A DNA stretch of 64,000 bases from NCBI RefSeq assembly GCF_963921235.1, contig NC_086097.1, forward strand, positions 68,574,001 through 68,638,000, given 5' to 3'. Position 1 is the stretch's first letter; each line of letters opens with the position of its first letter. Position numbers and translations under genes: made by a program. The DNA comes from Mobula hypostoma (lineage: Eukaryota). Positions 1 through 14,300 of this stretch are shown piece by piece. The notes under the pieces were generated by a model. That model was given only the letters and a program-made list of their open reading frames with translations, was not told the DNA's origin and did not search any database.

Positions 1-625
1 GAAAGGGGAGGGGAAAGGGAAGAGGGAAAGGGGAGGGGAAAGGGAAGAGGGAAAGAGGTGGGGAAAAGGGAAGAGGGGAATGTAAGGGGGAGGGATAAGT
101 GGAGAGGGGAGAGGGGGAGAGGGGAGGGGAGGGGGAAGAGGAAAGATTGGAAGAGAGAAAGAGGGAGGGAGAAAGAGAGAGAGGGAGAGAGAGAGGGAGA
201 GGGAGGGAGGGAGAGAGGGAGAGGGAGGGAGAGAGGGAGAGGGAGGGGAGGGAGAGAGGGGGAGGGAGCAAGGGGGAGGGAGCGAGGGGGAGGGAGGGAA
301 GGAGAGAGAGGAGGAGGGAGGGAGAGAGAGGGAGGGAAAGAGGAGTCAGAGAGACGAGAGAGTATGTAAGAGTAGGAGGGAAAAAATGGAGTGTGTGACA
401 GTGCAAGGGAGAGCGAGAGGCAGTAAGAGTGAGAGGGTGTGAAAGAGAGAGTGTGAGAGAGAAGGTGAGGGAGTGAGAAAGAGAGTAACAGAGTATGAAA
501 GTGAGTGTGAAAGTGGGAAAAAGAGAATGAGGATGAGAAACAGGAGAATGAGGGAGAGAGGGAGAGTGGTGAGGGTCAGAAAGAGAGGGTGGGGGAGAGA
601 GAGAGAGAGTGCGCAAGAGAGAAAG
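1..625. repeat. Purine-rich (G/A) low-complexity tract
   Basis: Almost pure G/A over 1-350, then GA/GT-rich. Confidence 0.95.
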
Positions 626-689
626 AAAATATATGAACCCGGGGGTGGCGGGGCAAAATGGAATCAAGGTACAAGTCCAGTATGGTAGG

Positions 690-1200
690 GGCACGTGGGA
701 ACAATGGGCCTACTGGGGTAGCTTAGTTTGTGAATCTTGGGTGAGTTGATATGAGCAACATGGGGGTTGGGGAACAACAAGGTCTGGAGGTGTTGAGGTC
801 AGTGATAGTACTAAAGACCTGGTGTTTCTTAATGGGGTCCTGGGTTCAGGGGTAAGAGGAAGTGTTCAAGAGATGCCATTCTGGCCACTGCAGGGTAGAA
901 GTCAATCTGCCAGACTACAAAACCACTGCCCTTGTCTGTGGATTTGGTGATGAGATTGGGATTGTTGTGGAGAGAGTGGAAGGCAGTGCATTCAGAGGGA
1001 GTGAGGATGGAATAGGTGAGGGGAATGGCAAAGTCAAGATGATTAATGTCCCATTCTAGAGTGAACAGAAGGCCAGAGCAGGGTGTCCCAAGAGGAGGAT
1101 GGCTTAAGGCGAGAGAAGGGTCATTAGAGAGGATGGGGAATCCTTGCCAAAGTAGACGCAGAGGTGACAGAGGTAGAACTCAGTGTCAAAGAACGTAGAA
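690..1200 (-). mobile_element. Penelope-like retroelement RT fragment
   Basis: Minus strand reads PTDKGSGFVVWQIDFY, the Penelope xDKG motif. Degraded. Confidence 0.6.
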
Positions 1201-1271
1201 CAGTACAGCATAGGAACAAGCCTTTCCATTCACAATGTTGATTCAAATTAAATATATTAGTAATCAAATCC

Positions 1272-2385
1272 ATCTGAACAATGACGTCAGACCAATTGCC
1301 CTCAAATCTCATGTGATGAAGGTGCTGGAGAGGCTGGTCCTAACTTACCTTGGATCGCAGGTGAGATCTTCATTGGACCCTCTACAGTTTGCCCACCAAC
1401 CTCATGTGGGAGTGGATGATACCATCATCTACCTTGCAGAGAGCTTACTCCCACTTGGATGATACTGGTGGCATTGTGAGAATCACATTTTTTGATTTCT
1501 CCAGTTCCTTCAATACAATGCAGCCACTTCTTCTGAGCGAAAAGCTGCAAAAGATGGGCATAGACAAATCCACTATCTCCTGGATTACTGACTACCTGAC
1601 AGATAGACGGTAGTTGTCTGTCTGAGATGGTGGTCAGTGGCACTGGAGCATCACAAAGGATGATTCTGTCTCCATTTCAGTTCACACTGTAAACCTCAGG
1701 CTTTCAGTACAAATCTGAGTTTTTCATTTGCATAAGTTCTCTAATGACTCTGCGGTGGTTGGGTGTATCAGAGATGGGCAGGAGTCGGGGTACAGAGGAC
1801 TGGTGGACAAGCTTATGGAGTGGTGCGGAAAGAATCACCTGCTCATGAATGTGGCCAATACCAGGGAGATGGTGATTGATTTTAGGAGAAAGAGGACTGT
1901 GACGAGTCCAATATACATTCTGGGAGAAAAAAGTTGTGGTGGAGGAGGAGTACAAATACTTGGGTGTTCACCTCAACAACAGACTTGACTGGAAAACCAA
2001 CACCAAGGCTGTTTACAAGAAGGGGATGAGCAGACTCTATTTTCTAAGGAAGCTGAGATCCTTCAATGTATGCAGCAAGATGTTCGACTGTATCTCTTCC
2101 TAGAGAGGCTGCCTGGCCTGTTGTGTTCACCAGCAACTTTGTTGTGTGTAGCAAGATGTTGGAAATCTTTTACCTGTCTGTTGTAGTGAGTGCAGTCTTC
2201 TTTGCGGCTTTAGGTTGGGGTAGCAGCACTGGTGCTGGTGACACAAAAAGACTAAACAAGCTCATCAGAAAGACTGGATCCGCCCTTAGCTACAACCCAG
2301 ACTCTTATGAGTAAGTGGAGGAGGAGAAGTTAATAAACAAACTGTTCTCCATTTTGGACAATCTGGCACATCCTCTCCAGGACCT
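1272..2385 (+). mobile_element. Rex1/Babar LINE RT fragment with a short Penelope-terminus insertion at ~2085-2149
   Basis: RPIALKSHVMKVLERL, DPLQFA, FFDFSSSFNT, KFSND motifs. The insert is flanked by duplicated AGCAAGATGTT. Confidence 0.85.
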
Positions 2386-2389
2386 ACCA

Positions 2390-3360
2390 GTGTAGCCACT
2401 TTCAGGGAGTTATAGAGTTGGACTCTACACATCAACACTGTTATGAGTTTTACATTTACACTCCCTAAGTGCAACACTTCACATTTCGCCAAGTCAAACT
2501 CCATCTGCCATTTCTCTGTCTATACATGCAACTGATCTATTCCCCTTAGTATCTTTTGACAGTCTTCTACACTATCCACAACACCAATTTTTGCATTATC
2601 CATCTACCTATGCTTTTATTCAGGTAATTTATCACCAAGAACAAAGGTCTCAGTATGGATTCCTGCAGAACACCACTAGTCACAAACTTCCATCCAAACT
2701 GAGTCCAACTACCTCCTGTCTTCTATGGACGCACCAGTTCTGAACTCAAGTGGCCAAATCACCATGGATCCTTAATCTTCTGCATGAGCCTTCAATGAGG
2801 GGACTTATAAAATAGCTTATTTAAATCCATGTAGGAACATTTACAGATCTGTCTTCATCAGTCACCTTCATTGCCTCCTTTAAAATTAAGTTAGTAAGAT
2901 ACAACTTGGCATGCAAAAAAATCATGCTGTCCCTAATTAGAGCATGGTTTTCCAACTGCTCACATATCCTAACCCTAAGATTCCTCTTCAATAGCTTTCC
3001 TACATCGATGTGAGGTTCACCCATCTATAATTTCCAGGATTATTCCTATTTCCCTTCTTGAGTAATGAAACAACATTAGCTGGTTGCCTGTCCTTCAGGA
3101 GCTTAGGAGTTGTTAGAGAAGACACAAAGATATTGGTCAAAATCATATTCTGAGTAAGTTGGGGTATATCTCAACAGGCCTTGGGGATTTAAACACCTTA
3201 ATGTTTCTTGAGAGAGCCAACACACTACCTCTTTCTTTATCTCAATATGCCCCAGCATTTTAGCACACTCTACTCTAATCTCATCCTTCACATCCTTCTC
3301 CTTGGTAAATACAGATACAAGGTACTCATTTAGGACCTGCACCTTAAAGCACACATTCCT
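2390..3360 (-). mobile_element. CR1 LINE ORF2 fragment
   Basis: LNEYLVSVFTKE, VGKLLKR, MEFDLAKCEVLHLG. Confidence 0.8.
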
Positions 3361-3649
3361 CCCTTTACCCCAAGGACCTGAGTTATAGGGAAAAGCAGGA
3401 CTTCATTCTCTAAAGTGTAAGCAAATGAGGGGAGATTTGACAGAGGTATATAAAATTATTAGAGGTATAGATCGCGTAAATACAATCAGGCTTTTTCTGC
3501 TGAAGTTGGGTGAACCTAGAAGTAGAGGTCATGAGTGTCATGTGATCAACCAGTCTAAGGTGCTGAATTAAGTCTCTAATTTCCATGGAGGCTGGAGTTC
3601 GAATTTCACCACTGCCATCTGATGTACAGTATACATAAACTTTGTTTTG

Positions 3650-3882
3650 GGGTGGGACAGTAGCATAGCGATTAGCGTAATGCTATTAACAGTTCCAGTG
3701 GTCCAGGTTCATTATCGCCACTTTCTGTAAGGAGTTTATGCATTCTGCCTGTGACCACGTGAATCCCCTCTTCCTAAGTTCCAAAGACGTATGAGTTAGT
3801 TGGTTAATTTAGTGTAATTCAGCAGTGTGGGCTCATTGGGCCATAAGGATCGTTTACCGTGCTGTATTTTAAACAAAATAAA
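3650..3882 (+). mobile_element. tRNA-derived SINE
   Basis: A-box-like tagcatagcgattag, B-box-like ggttcatt, CR1-like tail, A-rich end. Confidence 0.6.
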
Positions 3883-4080
3883 TATGGCAAGTTACTGCAA
3901 TATATCTAGTAAAAGGCATACACTGTAGCTAAGTTATACAGACAGTAGAGGAAATGTTTGAGGTGGTGAATTGGCAATCACATGGGTTGTTCCTGAAGAA
4001 GCTATGTCATTTCAGCCTTCTGGGAAAGATAGGAAAAATTTGGGAAATCAAGACATAAGCCAATTAATACAGTTTCTAAC

Positions 4081-4315
4081 CTAGAGTACAATACATTTGA
4101 CGCTTTAAGTTTCTCCACGCCACACTCTCCACTTCATGCTGTTGGAGTTGGATTTGACATAATAATGCCACTAAATACTTCAGAAGGCACTTAGATTATC
4201 CTTGTGGGAAATGTTAATCGACAGGGACTTTTGAGGCATAAGTTTCCTTGCCATATTGACCCAAGCTTAAATGCTATTTGGGACTTCAGCATGAAGACAC
4301 AGACCACTAGGTTAC
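4081..4315 (-). pseudogene. LYST-like exon
   Basis: tttcttgatttcag acceptor and ag|gttaga donor. LCLHAEVPN~FYLYACGPN; QYGKE~KYGKP; VEKLKASNVLYS~IGLLIESLSVVYT. Confidence 0.7.
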
Positions 4316-4377
4316 CTGAAATCAAGAAATGTCCACAATTTTGACTCTATAATAGAGAAAATGACATGGATGAACTA

Positions 4378-4700
4378 CCATGATGAAGATATTTCCTTGA
4401 GAAACTATTTCAGTTATCTCACAGCTTTGAGATAACAAAATATTGTGTTGGAGGTTAGTTATGTGTTACATATGTCTTCACACTATGGCATATTTCATCC
4501 AGTTCTCATTGATTTCAGTTTCATTTACTCTGTTCATCCACACTTAGGTCAAGATCACAGTGACTTGGAGTTAAGTACTTCTGGCAGAACCAGTGAGCAG
4601 ATTATTCAAAAGGTTGTTTGACAACACTTTCAAAGACACCTTCCACCACTTTGCTGCCATATGTAAGAGTGGTATGTCCATTTTGCATCTTCATCCACTC
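4378..4700 (-). pseudogene. LYST-like segment
   Basis: KW../TLTY~KWQHLVLTY; QGNIFIM~LGNLLLF. Confidence 0.5.
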
Positions 4701-5699
4701 AAAGAAGAAAATCAATGCAAGTACAGATACACATATAAATGTATAAAAACCATCTAAATAGACCAACTTTATTATACTAATGAAAGTAACACATAGGAAA
4801 CACAAATTGCTGTCAAATGGACGGGTCAATAACAACCAACACTGAAAAATAGAGAACCATTCTATTTCAATTATTATTGTGAGCAATATGCTCAATTTGT
4901 ACTTTTCACCATAACAGTAAATTTAAGGAAAGAGTTTCAGAGTAGGTACTAGTATGTTGATTGTTCCTGGTTGGTCTCACTTTGAGAATGAAAAAGGCAA
5001 GAAGTTGCTGGTACAATTAACAGCTTGAAATAGCTTAAAGTAAGTAGGCCTTCACTGTAAGATCAGGGATAAGGAACAGCAGTTCAAAAAGAACTGCAAA
5101 GGACACCAAATCACTATTACCATCAATCCCAGATTTCAAATTGCTCTATTTTGTTGCATTAGTATAAAGAAAACAAATAATATAGCTATTTGGAAGTAAG
5201 CAAAGAATACCAACCAATGGAATGAGCATAGCAAATGGGATAAGCTACTGTCGAAGCCAGTCTATTGTTTTAGAAAACTTTGTATAATACCTCTGCTCAA
5301 ATTTAAAATACAAGCAAAGTCAGTTACACATTCAACGATGCAACACGATGTTTATCATTTAAAGACATCTCCACTTACAGGTGAACTACTTTTATGAGTC
5401 ACTGTAAATTTGCATTAAGTACTATGATACCTTTTCACCACCACCCTTCCCTGGAAGTATTCTTTATTCACATCCTAACAAAAGGATCAGAGAATTTTGG
5501 GCACTACATCATTAGTATAGTAAAATTAAATTTAAAGTTATGAATTAGTTTTTAGTACAATAAAAACTGTATATCATTTATCACAAGAAAATACACAATG
5601 AAAGTAAATAAGAATGTTAAAATATCATCCTTAAGTTTAATAAGATAGTTAACAGCAAATCTCCAGACAACTTGTTTCCTTAGAAGAATTGATACAACA

Positions 5700-5862
5700 C
5701 AGAGATGTCTTCCTCTGTGATGAGAGGAACACACCGTGATAGATTTAATGCAAAGAAGGAAATGGGAAACCCTAGCACCACTTCACGTTAACTTGTGTCA
5801 GATTCCAGATATGGCATTACCCAAATTGGGCATGTCTGGATAGGCATAGTTCAAACACACAC
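5700..5862 (-). pseudogene. LYST-like exon
   Basis: aacag acceptor. VCV*..LESDTS~VCMD..VESQEN. Confidence 0.45.
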
Positions 5863-5972
5863 CTGTTCATAAGAATCATTTACAAAGGATAACTAGATGA
5901 CAGGCAGATACCACGAGAAAACCTCAGGAAGTTAACCAATTGCCAGTTTCCACAGCAGGTCTAAATACTTAC

Positions 5973-6340
5973 CTAGTTTGTCTACAGTTTATGTATGAAC
6001 CACATAAGATCATTCTTGAGTAGCAACAAGACCAATGTCTTGGACTTAGTACACTTACCCATTTTAAGACAAAAATGCAATATATACTACAGGCCCTTCT
6101 GAATGTATAATACCACTCCTGATCTCCTAACAGTTGGTTTGCCACCATTTATGAAATATGTTCTATTTGACCTGCTCCATTCTCTTCTTTCCACCCTTAT
6201 TGGCAGATGACAACAATGGAAAATGAGGAGTTGTGGGATGGTGTCACCAACACACCGAAGATTTGACATCCAGTGCTTTTGTGCTAGATGAGGCCACTGT
6301 GGCCAAAACTCAATTTTATCATCTGACTCTTTCACTCTCT
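5973..6340 (-). pseudogene. LYST-like exon (start of ConA-like domain)
   Basis: CHLPI..EWSRSNRTYFI/KWWQTNC~VHLPL..CWPHLSEGFSVSLWFNVEC (frameshift); SKTLVL~SKALMI. GTAAGT donors near 6058 and at 5972. Confidence 0.65.
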
Positions 6341-6759
6341 CTGGTTTTCAAGTAATACAAACCTATGAACTTGAAGCAGGAATAGGCCACGTATACCCTT
6401 TTAGCCAGATCTGTAATTTATTAAGATCATTGCCGATATTACAATCTCTTCAACCCATGGTAATCTCCACCTTCTTGCTTCTCAAGAATCTACCCAATTT
6501 AAATATTTATCTCTGCTTCCTCCACCACCCTTTGACAAAGAGTGTTCCAAAGGCTCATGATCATCTCTGTCTTAAATGTTAAATTTCTTATTTTCAGTGA
6601 TCTGTAGTTCTAGATTGGTCATCAAGAGAAAACATGCTCTTCACATCCACTTTGATAAGAACAGTCACAATCTTTTATGTTTGAAATACATCTCCTCTCA
6701 CTTTCCGAAACTCTATTAAATACAAAGCTAGTCTGTCCAGACTTCCCTTGTAAGACAAC

Positions 6760-7645
6760 CTGCCCTCTCTATAAATTTGCTGACAACACAACTATTGCTG
6801 GCACAATTTCAGTTGATGGCGAGAAGGCATACAGGAGCAAGATAGATCAGCTAATTGAGTGGTGTTGCAACAACCTTGCAGTCATCGTCAGTAAGACCTA
6901 AGAAATTGTTGTGCACTTCAGAAAGGGTGAAATGAAGAAACACACACCAGTTCTCATAGAGATCAAAAGTGGAAAGAGTGAACAATTTCAAGTTCCTGGT
7001 TGTCAACATCTCTGAGAATCTATCCTGGGCCCAACACATCAATGAAGTTACAAAGAAGGCATGACAGTGGCTATATTTCATTCGGAGTTTGAGGAGATTT
7101 GAGGTGGAACCAAAAGACACTCACAGATTTCTACAGATGTACCATGGACAGCATTCTAGCTAGCTGCATCATTGTCTGGTTGTCTGGTATGGGGTGGAAT
7201 GGGGGAGGCACTGCACCACATTGGAATAAGCTGCAGAAAGTTGTAAAGTCAGTCAGCTCCATCACGGACACTAGCCTCCCTAGAATCCAGGACACCTTCA
7301 AGGAGTGATGCCTCAAAAAGTTGGCATCCATCATTAAGGACCCCATCACCCAGAACATCCCCTCTTCATATTTCTACCATCAGGGAGGAGGTACAGCTTC
7401 AATTCAGGAACAGCTTCTTCCCCTCTGCCAACAGATTTCTGAATGGACATTGACTCCATGAACACTACTACCTCACCACCTATTTTTTTTCTTCTTTTTG
7501 CACTACTTATTTAATTTAACTCTATATATATATATTTCTTCCTGTAATTCAGTTTTCATCATTATGTAATGCAATGTACTGCTGCCCCATAACAACAAAT
7601 TTCACGACATATACTAGCGAAATTAAACCTGATTCTGATTCTGAC
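6760..7645 (+). mobile_element. Rex1-type LINE 3' fragment
   Basis: YKFADNTT, FYRCTMDSIL; 3' end (gattct)n. Confidence 0.85.
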
Positions 7646-7919
7646 TCTGTAGGCAAACTTTCTCTGAATTATTTTCAATGCATTAATGTACTTCCTTAAA
7701 AATAAAATCATAACTATACACAGTTGACCAACTATAGTCTTACCAATGGCTGTTGTAACAAAGCACAATTTCCCTACTTTTAATTCTCGATACAGAAATT
7801 ATGATATTCTGTTAGCTCTCCTAACTATTTGCATTCTGCCCTTTTCTGAATCATGCAACAGGTCACCTTTGTACCCCAGACAACCCAAGGGTCTTCCTTG
7901 ATCACCTTAATAACTCTCA

Positions 7920-8222
7920 CGTGTTGTTTCTTTCTTTTTGGCGTGTGCATGCGTCCGTGCATGCATGTGCAAAGTTGGCGGGATGATGTCTTTTTCATGC
8001 CTTTACAAGGCACGGAGCGAGAGAGAGAGACTGTGTGGAGCGCCACTCCTCACACAGATATTTCGCAGCATTTTTCCCTTTTATTTTACGAGGTCGAGTT
8101 GCGATCTCAACACTCAACCCGGCACGGATGGAAAGCGTACTCGAGAACAGACCCAACTGGGTTCGAACCCGGGAACCTCCGTTCCAGAGTCCGGCGCTGA
8201 TGTCATTGTGCCACCAGCGGGC
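7920..8222 (-). mobile_element. tRNA-derived SINE (young-looking, CpG-rich)
   Basis: B-box GGTTCGAACCC at ~8160-8170. The minus-strand 5' end reads ccgctggtggcacaatg (A-box-like). Confidence 0.7.
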
Positions 8223-8810
8223 CCTCATGTGTTATTTCCTTTCTAGTGTCTGATCAGGACATTAGAAGCAGAAGCATATAACCTAGTAATAGCTTTATCA
8301 GGTGAGGATTGTGTGAATATGATGAGGATATCATGTTCTGAAAGTGGGGAATATGTCAAGTTTAGGTACAAAATCATTAATATGCTGAAAAGTAAGATAT
8401 GAAGATATAGATTAGTTTAATAGGAGAATGGTTAGGAGGACTCATCAGGATAAGTCTCACCCAAAAGATCGCCAGTTTATTCCCTTCCATAAATGTTGCC
8501 TAACTTGCTGAGTTCCTTACCATTTTGTGTGTGTTGAAACTTCAGCAATCATTTCAGATAAATAAGGCAATGAAGTAAGTTAATTTAGTGGCCTTAAGTG
8601 GGTCTGGAATGGCTATCCGATAAGGCATACTAAAATCATGAGGAGCGCCAAAGATGAAAAAATCCAGTGTCGTCAAGGAGATCATTGAATCTTACGGCAC
8701 AAAAACTGTACAGCCCATCAAGTCCATATTGACCGGCAACTATCCTATTCATTACAGTCCCTACATTCGCATTAACTTCCCCAGATCTACCATTTACCTA
8801 TGCACTAGAG

Positions 8811-8891
8811 CAGGGGGTTCCAAACCTGGGGACCTGGGACCCCTTGGTTAATGGTAGAGCCCCATGGCATAAAGAAGGTTGTGTATCCCTG
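8811..8891. mobile_element. hAT-type MITE inside a SINE (~8700-9090)
   Basis: Termini CAGGGGGTTC...TATCCCTG. Imperfect 8-bp TSD cactagag/cactggaa. Confidence 0.65.
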
Positions 8892-11118
8892 CACTGGAAG
8901 CAATTTACAGTGGGCAAGTAACCTAGCGTCCTACATGTCTTTGGGATGTGGGAGGAAACCTGAGTGCCGAGGAGAAACTCACATCATCATAGGAAGAATA
9001 TGCAAACTCCATATGGACAACCTCTTAAGTCAGAATTGAACTTGAGTCTGTGGGGCAGTGACTCAATAAGCTGTGCCACTGTGTCTCCCTAAGTTCGCTG
9101 GTGTGCCTATTTATTATACTGCTCCATTAATGAGTGAAGTAATTGGAATGGCAATGCACATATCCAAGTTTCTTGAAATAGATTTTTTAGTCGACAACTC
9201 TTAAAAATGATGTCCCTTATGAAGTCCTGCATCAATGCCAGAATTAATTAGCCAGAAAAATGGATTACCAGGAAGAAAACCAGCGAAGATAACCAGTAAT
9301 TCTTTGTGAACCACTAAAATTCTTGATACTTTAGGTAACCTGTGGTCTTTGGAAAGAAATAGAATATGACAGAGCACAAGGGTGCTATATTTGGATTATT
9401 TTTCATTGCTTTCCTCTCTTCTGGTACTGTTGATATTTCCATATTTCCTTTTGACACAGATATAAAAGATAGTTGTTGAAAATCTAAAATGAAAGCAGTG
9501 AATTATAGAAATATCATCAGGTCAGGGAGCATCTGTGAAAGAGAAAAATTAACTAGCTTTGCAAAAAGGTGAAATATTAGTAAAATGAAATTAGTGAATT
9601 TAAGATTAAATCGTGAGATTTGCCCAGTTGAAAGTAGAAATTATGCTTCTAGAGTTGATGTTGGACTTCTTGGAAAAATGTTAAAAAGGGCAAAGACAGG
9701 GGTCAGAGCAGTATTTGCATACAGAATCAAAGCGAAAGTCAACCGGAAGTTCAGGTACTTCTGTGGACTGAGGTACACTGCGCAGCTTCACCAAACTTAT
9801 AGGTGCCTGATATCCTGAGTGGTCCAACATTCTCTTTCATTTCAAGCTTCGGTTCAGCATTGTTTTCCTTTTTACTGTTTATCATTCATTTCCTTCTAGT
9901 TACATCTTTTCCAGACAAATCTGCTGAGTTTAACAAGCCCTATACCATCCTTCCCGCTTGTATTATTGCCATTTGTATCATTCAGTTTTACTCAGTCCCA
10001 CCATATCACTGACATTCCTTTTTTTCTTACCCTCCCCATATTTGATCTCATATTTCTACATCACACACTGAATCAGTAACTCTATTTCATCTTCTACTGA
10101 TGCTGCCTGTCGTGCTGAGTACTTCTTGAGTTTTGTTTCTAAGAATTGTATTTAAAACATTATATAGTCTTATTTTCAGACATATTTTCTATCACATGCC
10201 AGTTTTAAAAACAATAATTATTTAAAAGCAAAAAAAAAGCTATTTTCAGTTTTCTGACCATTTTTCAATTGCTTTGAACTTTTACTTTTATTAAAAATTT
10301 AAGTCACTTGTTGCTTCATAACAGGCTACAGTACCACAGGTTTGTTTCATATTCTCGCAATAAAATGTAAAAATCAGTGTATAAACTTATTTTCAGGATA
10401 GAACCAGGGTGCACAACTGTCTGACTCACAGCATTCTTTACCATTACAACCTTTTTAACAAATTCCAAACCAGTGGAACAAGCTGATGCCAATCTATTTT
10501 GATAACTTCATATTCATTTTATTAATTTTAATGAGAAAATTACTGCAAAATTAGAGCCATAGTTACAGAGTGTCACAGCAGATAAACATTTTTAACAGCG
10601 TTTATGCCAATAATCAAGTATACATCTACATTAATCCCATTTACGAACACTTGGTCTGGAGGCTTCTGCGCTATGACAATTCCAGTTCTTTTCCAAATAC
10701 TTCTGAAAAGTTTCTAGTATAACTACCTTCACTACCACATATTCAGGAAGTTTGTTTCAGATTTTAATTCTTCACCCACCCCAATGGGTAAAAAAAAATT
10801 GTCCTCGGATCTCCGCTAAACTTCTGCCCTTTGGTTATGGGGGAAAAAAATCCCACCTATCTAAGCCTATCTTCTTGCATACTTTTCTTTGTTTCACCTC
10901 TCCACCTGTCCCAGCCTACTCCACCTTCTGTTAAAAGATGAACTCAATCTATTCATCTCTGCTCATAACAAAACATTCCACCAAGGCAACATTCTGGTAA
11001 ATACCCTCTGCACTCTCTCCAGTGCATTTTTCTCTTTCCTTTAATCAGGAAATCAGAACTACATACAATACACCAGCTGTAACCTAATGAAAGTTATATA
11101 AGGTTTTACCATAATTTC

Positions 11119-11315
11119 AAACAAGAGAAAATCTGCAGATGCTGGAAATCTAACAAAATGCTGGAAGAACTCAGCATGCTAGGCAGCATCTATGGAAAAG
11201 AGTAAACAGCCTATGTTTCAGTCCAAGTACTGATGAAGAGTCTCGGTCCAAAATGTCAACTGTTTACTCTGTTCCATAGATGCTGCCTGGCCTGCTGAGT
11301 TTCTCCAGCCTCTTG
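11119..11315. mobile_element. Penelope terminal-repeat inverted pair
   Basis: Arm gctgg..ggcagcatctatggaa.agagtaaacag is followed by its reverse complement. Flanked by duplicated CATAATTTC. Confidence 0.75.
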
Positions 11316-14300
11316 TATCATAATTTCTTTGTTTTTATAATTCTATGCCCAGTTAATGAAGGCAAGCATCTCAAATGCCACTTTACCCTCCTTCAATATG
11401 CATAACAAAACATGATCTTTAAAGTGCATTAGTTAATGCAAAATAAATATATTTTGTAAAAAATCTGTACATAATAAATATCAGAAGAGACGTATTAATC
11501 TCAGAGAACAAGAAAATAAAAATGTTCCATATAATTCCTGTAACAGATTAATTGACAGCAGTTTCTTTAGAGATGCATAAACTTTAAAGAATTTGAAAAC
11601 ATCAAAATGCTTCCATTCAATTAATCATAAAGAAATCATACTTTCATGAATGTGCATCCTTATTTACATTTGTCAAATTCATGCTGATTCTGCAATAACC
11701 ACACTTGCTGCATGTGCCATGTGATGTTTGTTAAAAGAGAGAAAGAGAAATACTTGTGTTCATTCAAGAGTTTTGACTCGACTCATTCTATTGAAATGAA
11801 ATATATCTGATGAGCTCACAATTATGGATAAATATCCTGTAAACACCAAGTACTATCATAGTAATTAGAGAACTAACAAATTCACATGGCAGTAAACACT
11901 ATGTAAGGTATAATACATTCCATGAACTAATTTTATTATGGCTTATTCAAATTCAGTTGGTGTCATTCACTGACTATTAGGGATCATTCTGGGGTTATGA
12001 AATTACGGATAGCATAATTATGGATTAACTAAAGTAAGAACATAAGAGATAGGAGCAGAAATTTACCTAGCTAAATGTTAAAGTTACGTAGTGATTATAG
12101 CAATTGAAACTGTGGCTAATTTGTTGTGTTGAAGAAATATAAAAATCATGTCTGGAGAGTGAGATTCTCTGGTATTCTCCTGAACTTCCCTGAAGGTTCA
12201 CTGTAAGAATAAAAAAACTTCTGTATTTCACATTTAGCGTGCCTGTGTGGCTCAGTTCTAGTCAGTCACAACAATGACTCCTATTCCACTGAATCAAATT
12301 TTAATAATTTTTTGTTCCGTCTTTCCACACTTCATTTTCCCATTTCATTTCTTTAAAGCTTAATATTTACCTTTAGCATTGATATAAAGAGACATATGAA
12401 AGCCGACTCATAGGTTGGCAAAAGCATGTTTAATGAATTTATAACAACTATGAACCAGTCATAATCAACTTGAGTTACAATATTTTAATAGATTGAGTAT
12501 ATATGAGAACAACTTTCATTAGAAAATTAGTCATCTGTTCAAACTCAAAAACAACCAAAATGGTAGATCAAAATGTTTCATTACCAGAATACAATCCACA
12601 AAATACCTCAACCTGATCCAAAGCCGCAATCTTTGGAGGCACAGTAGAACTAATAGCTCTATACTGTCACAAGGAATGTGGCAAGGAGATCATAATTTTG
12701 TTATTTTGAATCTGGGAAGTTTACAAAACATACAATAAAGTTACTGGTAATAAAGCAAAACATCATTCAAGGGTGTAAGAAGGCCAATGACAGCCCAAGG
12801 CAACAACACCCTGATAAGTTGAATAAATTCAAAGTTCAGCATAGCTCCAATCAAATCCAGCACTTTTCACATGTTATGTTTAATCCTCTTGCCACATAAC
12901 CAATTTACCACTGATAATATTTCTATAATTATACTTTTGAGTAGTAGACGATTAAAGCAACTTTACTATTTATCTTTTCTAATGTATTGGATTTTAGGAT
13001 CAGACACTCTAAGAATTATCATTCCTCCACAGATGAAGTCAGACCACTTAAGCACATAGCAAAATACCATCAGCTATTACTGTAGGCATCACACTTCATT
13101 ATTCCTTTTCTCATGATATATTTCTGTAGTTTATAGAGTTTTATATCTTTGCACCGAATTGCTGCTGCAAAACAACTAATTGCTCACCACATCTAACTCT
13201 GACTTGATTCTTGCAGTCAAACTGCAAGTGAGGCATGGCCCTATTGTTGAATTCAACTGCAAGCCATACAAAAAATTCTTCAATACTTGTTTCTATTGAT
13301 GTAATGATTGGGTTTAAACAATGCTTAAAGGTAGAGAACCGAAGACCTGGATCACTGAAAACTAGAGGACAACATCAGTCATCAACAATTTTACACATAT
13401 GAAGGGGATTATTTAATTAGAGACCCACCAAAATAATTAAAGATTAAATTTAAATGAACATAACATTGATTTTTAAATCAGCATTTTACATCATTCTACA
13501 AAGTCTAACCATAACTTTTCCACAGAACTTAGAGCCAAGGCATTGATTGCATACCATCATAACTACATTATTATGAAATGATAGAAATTCTTATTGTCCA
13601 ATACAGCAAATTTTATAATATGATGATTTCTTCCCTGAAGAATGCTGACACCACTGGAATATGCCAAATGACATGAACAAAAATATATAATTACTCACTC
13701 AAAGTAATATTGTTGTAAAACATCAAAATAGACATATGGTTCAAATAATTTCAATAATTTTCATTGGTCTTCACCCCAAAGCTTTCATTCTTTACACACT
13801 ATCACTTCTTATACCTTGTCCTAGCTACTCTGCATAGGTTTCCTGTAACTTTTAGAATTGATTTTAAAGTTCTCTTATTTGGTTTTAAAGTATGTCACAG
13901 TACATAACCAGAATCACTTTCATTTTATAATTCTGCTCAGCTCTCAGGTCTTCTTCCCCCGGTCTCTTAAATTTAAATAATCTCCCTCAAAAGATAATTG
14001 GCAGCTCAGGTTTTTTGAACTATGATTTTAAACTGTGGAATTCAATGCCTAAATCTATAAGGGATGCACACTCAGTTGACACTTTTAAATGCATCTCAAA
14101 ACCTAGTTAATTAACCTTGCTTTTAACTAGCATCTTTTTGTCTTTTATTTTCATGTTTTCACTGTGTCCCAATGTAAAGGACCTTGAACTGGATGGAGGT
14201 GGATGGATGGCTGGTTCTTCGCTTGCAAGAAGAAGAGTCCACAGAGGCAGCAGCACGATCGTCGGTGACCGTAGAGGCGCCCCTTCTCCATCGCTGTAGG

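Noticed and set aside
58..688. R/E/G-rich ORFs
   Set aside because: By-products of the G/A low-complexity tract.
7920..8222. tRNA gene
   Set aside because: Only A/B-box remnants of a SINE head; no cloverleaf.
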